Position numbers and translations under genes: made by a program. A stretch of 64,000 nt of DNA from a virus (Duplodnaviria; Caudoviricetes). The notes under the pieces were generated by a model. The model worked only from the letters and a program-made list of their open reading frames with translations. It searched no databases and was not told the origin of the DNA. The DNA is taken from the IMG/VR virus record IMGVR_UViG_3300030376_007544, positions 1 through 64,000 of that record; one strand, given 5' to 3'. This document shows, one piece after another, positions 50,731 to 58,675 of the stretch. Position 1 is the first letter of the stretch, and each line of letters opens with the position of its first letter.

Positions 50731-51111
50731 TTACCGTCTTGGTTGTGTAACTTTGACGGAAGAAACTTCTTTGATGTTGATCGCTTTACCAACAAGATCG
50801 CTATCTAGCCACCCTGCTTCAACCGCACCGTCAATAAGTTTCATCTCACCGACTCGCTTGGTAACACGTTGGTGTTGCCCTTGCGGAAGAATCGCTTTCA
50901 GAACATCGTTGTCAATAGATCGTCTGTTTTGATTCACTATTGCAACTTTCGTTCCGTCTGCGAGGGTTACGCTTTCAACTTCTAACGCTCGGAAAGCAAG
51001 TTCTGCTTCCTCAACCGCTTCCCTTGCTTCTGCAAGAGCGCTCCGTGCTTCCACGACTCGCTGTGCGGTTAGTTCGCTGATCTTGCGATCATTCACTAAT
51101 AAAGTATCCAT
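50731..51111 (-). CDS. Hypothetical protein, paralog of 57023-57406
   Basis: ESVTLADGTKVAIV.QNRRSIDN...LPQGQHQRVTKRVG shared. Confidence 0.8.
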   Translation of the reverse strand: MDTLLVNDRKISELTAQRVVEARSALAEAREAVEEAELAFRALEVESVTLADGTKVAIVNQNRRSIDNDVLKAILPQGQHQRVTKRVGEMKLIDGAVEAGWLDSDLVGKAINIKEVSSVKVTQPRR

Positions 51112-51132
51112 GTCGGACCCTTTCTCTAATTC

Positions 51133-51185
51133 AGAAGCCTATCTGGGACTCTCACCCTGACTCTTCACCTAATGGCTAGACTCCT
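51133..51185 (-). ncRNA. Conserved three-way-junction leader RNA, copy 2
   Basis: Same core as 47433 with a different but still paired P1 (AGGAGTCTA/TAGGCTTCT). Confidence 0.6.
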
Positions 51186-51656
51186 GTTTTCTTTGATATA
51201 TCCAGGTTACCATCGTTGTGAGACAAAACCACCCGGTTTTTCAAAAAAATTTCAAATAATTTTTTTCGTAACATAAATGACATATTTGTTAAGTTCGCCT
51301 AACAGGCCATGTTCACGCTTGCGAACAGATTATGTTAAGTGCACCTAACAAACGATGTTAAGCAGAGCTAACAAATAAAAAAATAAAAAAAATAAAAAAA
51401 ACTTGACAAAAGGTTGTTTTTGTGAAAGCAGCGTGCAGGTCAAAATCGAGGTCAGTATGTCCCGATTATTACGGGACTCTCTTCCTTCTATTAAGCCTCT
51501 ATGGTGTCCCTACCGCATGACCTGCAGCAGCGCTGACCAGTACCCGCCCAGGAAGAAGCCCTAGCAGGAAAATGAGTGAAACCTGCTAGGGCTTTCGGAC
51601 ATCGCATCAGTAGTTAGCAAAACTAGGTTACTAATCAGTAGTGCGATCCTCCGATT

Positions 51657-51794
51657 TTATGAGGAGAGATGTTTCGCTAGTTTGGGGTGCTCCCTTAGCG
51701 TCTTCTCTCTTACTTCACGCTCATGATGCCTGTGCATCGTTTTGGCGAGCGTAGCGTATAAGAGCGCTCCTATTATGTAAAGTGCTAATGTCAT
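51657..51794 (-). CDS. 45-aa peptide with N-terminal TM
   Basis: MTLALYIIGALLYATLAK...; AAAGG RBS. Confidence 0.5.
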   Translation of the reverse strand: MTLALYIIGALLYATLAKTMHRHHEREVREKTLREHPKLAKHLSS

Positions 51795-52016
51795 TGTTTA
51801 CCTTTCGTTTTAACGACAAGTACCACCGTATCAAAGATTCAACTACATTGCAACACCGAAAAGCTAAAAAATTAAATAATTATTTTTACGCTAAATACTT
51901 GCAATTGTCTCACGGGCCCTGTAGCATGGAATGTATAAAGAAAAGCGAGTAGTCCGCCGTAAGGACTGGTTCGAGTGAAAGCCTCGAAGGACTGCTCCCA
52001 AGTAGAAAGGTAAAGC

Positions 52017-52352
52017 ATGAAACTAATCACTGCTGATCAACGTAAACGGCTTCTGGCAAACCACGAAGCCAATCTCGAAGGAGAAGGAGGGATCGACCAC
52101 AAACCTGTAGTGAAAATATTCACGGCAGGGGCAGGGGCGACATGGTTGCTTACAGAGATGGACGAAGATGGAATCTTCTTCGGCCTATGTGATCTTGGTC
52201 TGGGGTTTCCAGAACTAGGTTATGTCTCTCAAAGTGAATTTGATTCACTTCCTGCAAATATGTTCCTCGAACGTGATGCATGGTTTACGGCTACGAAAAC
52301 CCTTAGCGAGTACGCTTCGGAAGCCCGTGGCCTGCGACGAATCGCTGCTTAA
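52017..52352 (+). CDS. DUF2958-family protein
   Basis: PVVKIF...ATWLLTE...FGLCDLGLGFPELGYVS. Confidence 0.85.
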   Translation: MKLITADQRKRLLANHEANLEGEGGIDHKPVVKIFTAGAGATWLLTEMDEDGIFFGLCDLGLGFPELGYVSQSEFDSLPANMFLERDAWFTATKTLSEYASEARGLRRIAA

Positions 52353-52992
52353 TCGGATGCCTCCGGCCTTCTGGTCGGGGGTATTTCCCTGGGTGGCCAT
52401 AAATAAAAATCGACTACCCGTGAAGTCCCGATATAGTCGGGGCATCCTGACCTCGACCTGACCTGACCTGACCAACCAGGAAAAATCCCCCAACACTTTC
52501 GTGCTGAGGGATGAACCTACACGTTATCCGTGACAGAGATCATGCATGTGGCGGAGATCTTCGTCCCAATCCCACATCATCTCCATAAGGTCTTCCTTAC
52601 TCATGAGTGGTTCTGCTTCGACCCACTCTCCGTCTTCATTTCTGGTCCATTCAGTCATTTTATCTCCGATCTGAATCTACAAGCTTCCACTTTGAAGGCC
52701 TGATATATCCAGATTACCATGACCACTTCATAATTGCAACCCCAAATAAAAATTAATTAATATTTTTAGCAGCCGTTGAAAATAGCAGCCACTGAAAATG
52801 CAGCAGCAGGTCAGGTCGAGTGCAGGTCAGATCAAACACAGGTCAGGTCTGGTCAGGTCTGGTCACCCCGTAAAGCCCCGATTTATACGGGGCTAAATAA
52901 GTAAGACCACTCAGGATTTCTCCCCCTCACTCTAGGCCACCCGTAGGTGGCGAGGCCCGTTGGTCTACGGGGTGGTCTACTTACTTCGACAA

Positions 52993-53142
52993 TTAGACGA
53001 TTTCGATTTCGAATTCGCCGTTGTCGTACTTCTTGTCGCATCCGTTTCCTCGAAAGCTTCCACAGAAGACTAATCCTTCTTCGGTTGCTATCGCATCGAG
53101 TGACGAGCAGAAGATTCCACAATTATCACATTTTACTGGCAT
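52993..53142 (-). CDS. Small Zn-finger protein
   Basis: CDNC...C......C; AAGGA RBS. Confidence 0.55.
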   Translation of the reverse strand: MPVKCDNCGIFCSSLDAIATEEGLVFCGSFRGNGCDKKYDNGEFEIEIV

Positions 53143-53392
53143 ACTGAATTCCTTTCGGTAGTTAATTATTTCAGTACTTCCAGGATACCACCGTTTGACC
53201 AGCATTGCAACATCAAATGCAAAAAAAAAGAATTTTAATTTCTTTGCAAAAACCGGGTGGTTTTGTCTCATAGTCGTGGTATCGTTCTATTTGTTGGTAA
53301 AGTACCGACATTACATACTAGCCGTAATTCTCGAATGAGTGGAAAGCCCCTGACAGTAGAAGCCTGTAGGTTCGAGTGGGAAAGGAATAGAA

Positions 53393-53761
53393 ATGTTTAC
53401 ACGAACAGATAGTGTTTGTATAGATATTAGTCAAGACGGACAAGTGCCTGTTCTAGGTTACGCTTATTCGTTCTCGAAAGCTCGTGACGAGTGGTTTGGC
53501 TACGTCGCTGTCAGAGAGGGTATGCTCTCTTCTGAAATGCGATACGTAGTTAAACAAATGCACCGTATCACGAAGTACGGAGAGGACGTATGGGAAGTAA
53601 TCGAAGGAACTACTGTCGAAGGTACCGATCCTGTAGAATCAGGAATACGGAACAACCGACAAAGTGCACTCGTTACACTGTCGAAATTGTCTTTAGATTT
53701 ATTTCGGGGTAACGACTATGTTGATTACGGAACCGTAATGAACATCCCACCACTTGGCTAA
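53393..53761 (+). CDS. Hypothetical protein
   Basis: ORF with structured leader, RBS and terminator. Confidence 0.65.
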   Translation: MFTRTDSVCIDISQDGQVPVLGYAYSFSKARDEWFGYVAVREGMLSSEMRYVVKQMHRITKYGEDVWEVIEGTTVEGTDPVESGIRNNRQSALVTLSKLSLDLFRGNDYVDYGTVMNIPPLG

Positions 53762-53974
53762 CCGAAGGGAATCCACCGAACTAAACACTCGGTGGATTTT
53801 GCCTGGTATGCGAGATTTTGTCAATTTCTGACCAGCAGGTCAGGTCATGCAGCAGGTCAGGTCAGGTCGAAGGTCGAGTAGTCCCGTATCTATCGGGACT
53901 CTTCTCCTTCTATTAGACTGCTATGGTGTCCCTATGGCGTACCTACGCTATGCAGCTCGCCCCAACCCCAACCA

Positions 53975-54251
53975 GGCGAAAAGCCCACCGAACTTCGGTG
54001 GATCGGTTCTTCACTCTCTACTTGCGAAGGGTATCTTGTTTGCCATTTAGGTTCGCCCTCCACCTTGCAAGGTTTTTGAGGAGTCCGCACCGTACCTTTC
54101 GGTTCTTTTGATGGTTTCCGTTTCCACTTCTGGTAGGTTTTTTGGTAAAAAGAACCTCTTTCCACGAAGTTCGGTGGGCCCTTAGTTGCAACCCAACCGA
54201 ATGGATATTCAGTTGTCAATTCGGGGTTTCCCCCTGCCACCCTTTCGGGCT
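53975..54251 (-). ncRNA. Candidate ~280-nt structured RNA cassette
   Basis: TTGCTT-17-TAAGAT promoter, three GAAA-capped hairpins, terminator. Confidence 0.45.
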
Positions 54252-54647
54252 ACGCCCATCTTAACATAAGGGTGAGACAAAAGCAACCTTTGTCCAACAA
54301 TTTCTTAAATAATTTTTTATTCCCAGTAGCGGCAAAATAGCGGCAAAATAGCAGCGAAAATCTGTCGTTTTTGAAAGTTTTTGACAAAAAACGGGAGACC
54401 AGCGGGCAGGCCAGTAGAAAATTTGGCAAAACTAATCAAAAATGACAGTTTTTGCTCAGCTCAGGCAGAGCTAAAAGGAGCAAAAGATGAAGGAGGTCAG
54501 GTCAAAGTTTACCTGAGGTCTAATAGCCCCGACTATATCGGGACCCGGTTAGGTATGCTTAACTCTTTTTGTTAGGTTGGCTTAACATCACTCTAAAAGG
54601 ACATGCAGAAACCCCGACCCTTTCGGGCCGGAGTTCGCTGCTGGGAT

Positions 54648-54866
54648 TTAGATGGGGAATTGTTCTCCGTATTGAAACTCTCGAACAACTATGACCATTT
54701 TTCCGCAACTATGGCAGTGATCATTTTCCCAATACTTAGAGCCACAAGAACATCGTGTACAACCTTCTTTGGCTATTCTGTTACCGAGTAGTTCATCTTG
54801 GGTAAACATTTGCAGTTGGCCCTCAAGTTCTACTCGTACTGTATCTTTTGTTAGTTCTTTTAACAT
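54648..54866 (-). CDS. Small Zn-ribbon protein
   Basis: CSCG..YWE...CHSCG. Confidence 0.6.
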   Translation of the reverse strand: MLKELTKDTVRVELEGQLQMFTQDELLGNRIAKEGCTRCSCGSKYWENDHCHSCGKMVIVVREFQYGEQFPI

Positions 54867-54957
54867 CTTTTGTCTATTCCTAACTTCGCTCGGTACTTCC
54901 TTGCGATAACTCCATTATACACCGTCTACAGTAAATTGCAAGTCTTTAGGTAAGATT

Positions 54958-55488
54958 TTACAGAGTTAAGTTCTGTAGTTCTCCGTTATCCATCATCTCA
55001 AATAAGATCGTTAATGACTTACTTTGCCTCTCTTGAGTGTGTTTACCTTGATCTACTTTGAATGACCAGCGTGGGTCCTTCTTCGCTTCCTCTAAACCTT
55101 TGTTACTGAAAGGTTCACCAGTGTAGTGGTAGACGCTAGTAATTGTTGGTTTACGTTCTTTAGAACTCCAGAGCTCGTTTAGGCAGTCACATTCATGATC
55201 ACCAAACTCTCCTACTAATGCTCCGATATGCTCCAGATCACAAGTACTTAAAAGATCAGTCTGTACTACCAGATGATCTAATAGTTCACTTCCCTCAAAA
55301 ATGGTAAGAGAAGGAGACTCTGTAGACACAACTAAGTCTACTGCTGTAGCCATGTCTAGTTGGTCGTGGATAGGCATAACTTCTGCCCACTTGTATCCAT
55401 CTTCTTCGTGTATGTCAAGAACGAGAACAAGCGAGTCGCCATTGACGACCCGCAAGTCTCCTCTCGCTAAAGTTCTATTAGCACCCAT
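54958..55488 (-). CDS. Hypothetical protein
   Basis: AGGAGG RBS. Confidence 0.7.
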   Translation of the reverse strand: MGANRTLARGDLRVVNGDSLVLVLDIHEEDGYKWAEVMPIHDQLDMATAVDLVVSTESPSLTIFEGSELLDHLVVQTDLLSTCDLEHIGALVGEFGDHECDCLNELWSSKERKPTITSVYHYTGEPFSNKGLEEAKKDPRWSFKVDQGKHTQERQSKSLTILFEMMDNGELQNLTL

Positions 55489-55586
55489 GTACGAGATTAC
55501 CTCCTATGAATGCAAACAGAAAGACTGCTACGGCAAGTATTATAGAGACACCTATGCGTCTCCTGAAGTAAATAGTATCCCAATCT

Positions 55587-55871
55587 TTATTCAAGGTCCT
55601 CACCTACTTCTATTGCTACTGCTTTAACCATCTGTCTGATTTCAGTTCTTCCATTAGTATGACTCCGCAGAACTGTCATAAAGGCTGTCTCTCTCATTTC
55701 CATGAGCGAGTCCTCTAGGAGTTCATTGTCATCATGTCCTTCATCAAGAGCCTCTTGATAAAGGATTTCTAAACCTTCTTCTACCATCTTGAGGGATTCC
55801 ATTACTAGGTAAAGACGATCACTAAATGGTAGTGCTTCGGTATCTGTTCGTTCTTGAAACTCAATACTCAT
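55587..55871 (-). CDS. Hypothetical acidic protein
   Basis: Coupled to upstream ORF. Confidence 0.65.
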   Translation of the reverse strand: MSIEFQERTDTEALPFSDRLYLVMESLKMVEEGLEILYQEALDEGHDDNELLEDSLMEMRETAFMTVLRSHTNGRTEIRQMVKAVAIEVGEDLE

Positions 55872-56056
55872 TACCAGTTCCCCTTTCTACAAGCCTTACG
55901 ACTTGCTTCTTTTTTACGATTAGTAAACTTGACTGCACGCTGTCTACGGCCTTCTTGCATGTGTGCCACTTTGGACTCATACGCTAATTTCCGTATTGAC
56001 TTGTGTATGTCATATGGTTCTAATTCTATTTTTAGCTTTTTCTTAGTTCTAGCCAT
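55871..56056 (-). CDS. Small basic protein
   Basis: AGGAG RBS; RKK.ASRKACR tail. Confidence 0.6.
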   Translation of the reverse strand: MARTKKKLKIELEPYDIHKSIRKLAYESKVAHMQEGRRQRAVKFTNRKKEASRKACRKGNW

Positions 56057-56140
56057 TTTGACTCCTTTTGTCTAGGCTGATTTGTTGTTAGTTTAAGGAT
56101 ACCAAAACCGGAGAGGCATTGCAACCTCTCCGGCATGATA

Positions 56141-56776
56141 TTATAGATTCGCTAATGCTCCTCTAGCGCTACTATGATGAGCAGACAATTCGCTAGTCTC
56201 ATCGTAGTGACACTCTCCGGCAAAGTACGCTTGCCCTCCCTCGAAGCACATACCTTCCTCTCGGAAAGATACGCTAATTTTTAGGGTAGGGAATTGTTTA
56301 GACACATGCTCCCAGAATGAATTACTTAATGGACTCCATGCCGTTTCAAAACGACCATCTATCTGTCCACGTTCATCATCGTAGTAAGAGTCCAGATGGG
56401 TTTCATAGTCTCCCCATTTGGTTCCCCAATTCTCGTCAGAGATTGCCCACGAGTACCAGTCACTGAAACCTGTTGTTTCTCTAGCCTCAATACCAGCAGC
56501 CCACTCTTCTGCATGAATCGCTTTTGCTTTATTGTACTTATCCATATTCCAATTTTCATTGGTTGGATTGTTCACCCATTCCATATACTTTCCATCTTCA
56601 TCAAATTGCTCTGATTTTGGACTTGGGGATTTAGTACCCTCAAGTATTTCTGGCATGGGCATGAGGTTTACGATACGAACGTCATCAGTTACCTGATCCC
56701 TGATCGCTTCCTCGAAACGTCTTACATCAGACGCTGGTCCTTCTACCTCTAGGTAGTTTTCGCAATGGTTCGGCAT
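56141..56776 (-). CDS. DUF1281/Api92-like protein
   Basis: MPNHCEN.L, WY.W...NWGTKW, FETAWSP. Confidence 0.8.
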   Translation of the reverse strand: MPNHCENYLEVEGPASDVRRFEEAIRDQVTDDVRIVNLMPMPEILEGTKSPSPKSEQFDEDGKYMEWVNNPTNENWNMDKYNKAKAIHAEEWAAGIEARETTGFSDWYSWAISDENWGTKWGDYETHLDSYYDDERGQIDGRFETAWSPLSNSFWEHVSKQFPTLKISVSFREEGMCFEGGQAYFAGECHYDETSELSAHHSSARGALANL

Positions 56777-56777
56777 A

Positions 56778-56939
56778 TTAGCCTCTACTTTCTAGCAGAT
56801 CATCTGCCATGTCTCGGATACCTTGATAATCTGGTACCTCGTCACTGAAATGAATGTCATTAGGAACATTTAGCTCCGCTAACATACTTTCAATTTCTTC
56901 ATCTGGTAAAGTTTCCTCTACCTCTATTGTGTTTTTCAT
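56778..56939 (-). CDS. Hypothetical acidic protein
   Basis: AGGAG RBS. Confidence 0.5.
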   Translation of the reverse strand: MKNTIEVEETLPDEEIESMLAELNVPNDIHFSDEVPDYQGIRDMADDLLESRG

Positions 56940-57022
56940 AAAGTCTCCTGACTTTGGTTTGTTTAACATATTACGAGTGTATCAGGCTAGGGAGTCTATT
57001 GCAACTCCCTAGCCCAAATAAC

Positions 57023-57406
57023 TTATCGCTTTGGTTGGGTAACTTTCAGCGATTGTACTTCTTTGACGGTGATTGCTTGGTTTACCAAGTCTCCATCTAA
57101 CCAACCTGCTTCGATTGCTCCGTCAATGAGTTTCATGTCACCGACTCGTTTGGTTACTCTTTGATGTTGTCCTTGTGGAAGAACATCTTTGAGAACCTCA
57201 TTGTCAATGCTTCGTCTATTTTGTGTGACGATTGCAACTTTGGTTCCGTCTGCAAGAGTTACAGATTCAACATCTAACGCTTTGAATTGCGCTTCTGCTT
57301 CTTCAACTGCATCTTTTGCATCTGCTAAAGCGGAACGAAGTTCAACAACTTTTTGGGCTGCTAACTCCTCTACTTTAGTTTGGTTAATAATTACTGTTGT
57401 ATTCAT
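57023..57406 (-). CDS. Hypothetical protein, paralog of 50731-51111
   Basis: Near-identical core sequence. Confidence 0.8.
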   Translation of the reverse strand: MNTTVIINQTKVEELAAQKVVELRSALADAKDAVEEAEAQFKALDVESVTLADGTKVAIVTQNRRSIDNEVLKDVLPQGQHQRVTKRVGDMKLIDGAIEAGWLDGDLVNQAITVKEVQSLKVTQPKR

Positions 57407-57660
57407 TTTAAGTCCTCCATGACTTATTAGTGTGTTTTCAACTTAACAGATCGTTTTCTTTCTGTCAAGTCTTTACCTAAGATTTTTCAAATAAATTTTA
57501 TTTGCTTCCTCATCGGTATATTCAATTTACCAGATGGGTGTGACAATGACAACCTCGAACACAATAAAATTAAATAATTATTTTTGGAATAATGACTTGA
57601 CAAGGTAAATCAGGCCTGCTACCATTACTGACGTAAACAACTATAACTCATGGAGGTACT

Positions 57661-57912
57661 ATGAGCGACACAATGCAAGACATTGAAACAAAATGGATAG
57701 AGCGAATCAGCAAGGAGCTTGTCGGTAAGACAATCACGAGTGTTGAGTATCTCTCTCCAAAAGAAGCAGAAGATAATTATTGGTACAAGCGACCAATCGC
57801 AATTACTTTTGATGATGGAACATGGATAATACCCATGTCAGATGACGAAGGAAATGACGGAGGTTCTCTTGCCACAAGCATAGAGGAACTTCAGATAATC
57901 CCAGTCCTCTAA
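57661..57912 (+). CDS. Hypothetical phage protein
   Basis: LVGKTI..V.Y...P.SDDEGNDGG pattern; GGAGG RBS. Confidence 0.75.
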   Translation: MSDTMQDIETKWIERISKELVGKTITSVEYLSPKEAEDNYWYKRPIAITFDDGTWIIPMSDDEGNDGGSLATSIEELQIIPVL

Positions 57913-58194
57913 TTCCACCACAGTCCTGAACATGACTCAAAACTGTTCACCCAAAACCAGACATATATTTTCGGAGACAAAACCGAAACAAAAAAAAGAT
58001 AGGACTTCCCCTGCGCTTTGTTGAACTCCAGCAAACAGCAGCGAAAGCAGCAGCAGGTCAGGTCAGGCCAAATCTGGTCAAAATCAAAAGAAGGGTGAGA
58101 TAGTCCAGTTTCTTTCGGGACTTCCTTAGTGCTATATGAGCTCAATGGTGTCCCTATGGTATCCCTACGGTTGGCAAGACCAGCAACCAGGAAG

Positions 58195-58632
58195 AAACCC
58201 CACCCTAGTGTTTATAACTTTAGGTGAGGCTTTGCCTGACTTGAAGCGGTCTGATGAACCCACGAAAGCGCTTTCGTACTCACGAGCAGCCTTCAAGCCA
58301 AACGACGAAGTAGATCAACAGCACGCTTTCACGCCGTCACTCTCATCTTACAAAATAGTATCTTTACCGACTCGGAGTCTATATTTAGCATCCCATACTC
58401 TAAGTAACTATGGTGCTAATAGAAACCTTTTGGTTCTACTTCAATACTGGTAGTGACTCCAGTATCCGTTTTTTATTCTATTGTGTGTAACATACCGGAT
58501 ACAAATCGTTTGAGGTTGAATCAGGTCGCTAGGCTCCCATATAATCCAGACCAGCAAGGTCGAATATAGTTCCGATATGTTACCTGTAACTTTGGTGGGG
58601 TAGCCGCAGCGCCCCACCTCCTGTTACCGGAT
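58195..58632 (-). ncRNA. Candidate ~440-nt structured non-coding RNA
   Basis: TTGACA-17-TAATGT promoter (58667-58639), no minus-strand ORF of 60 aa or more, many stems, terminal hairpin. Confidence 0.55.
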
Positions 58633-58675
58633 ATAAATACATTAGCAGACTCTTAAAGGTTTGTCAAGTCTTTTT

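Larger units (their letters stand above)
42874..58121. repeat. About 19 dispersed palindromes (GT)CCCGA-N5-TCGGG(AC)
   Basis: 42874, 43159, 43916, 44158, 44880, 45110, 45990, 46078, 46967, 47207, 47946, 50536, 50614, 51461, 52427, 52877, 53883, 54528, 58105. Confidence 0.9.

Noticed and set aside
53932-54240. 102-aa ORF as a real gene
   Set aside because: No RBS, crosses the terminator and cassette boundary; better explained as structured RNA.
40897-54587. Integron attC sites (GTTRRRY/RYYYAAC resemblance)
   Set aside because: Within the unit GTTRRRY precedes RYYYAAC only a few bp apart, the reverse of attC order and far too short; no integrase in the window.
58248-58280. Hammerhead ribozyme (CTGATGA...GAAA)
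   Set aside because: Stem II and the flanking stems do not form convincingly, and it is on the strand opposite the promoter.
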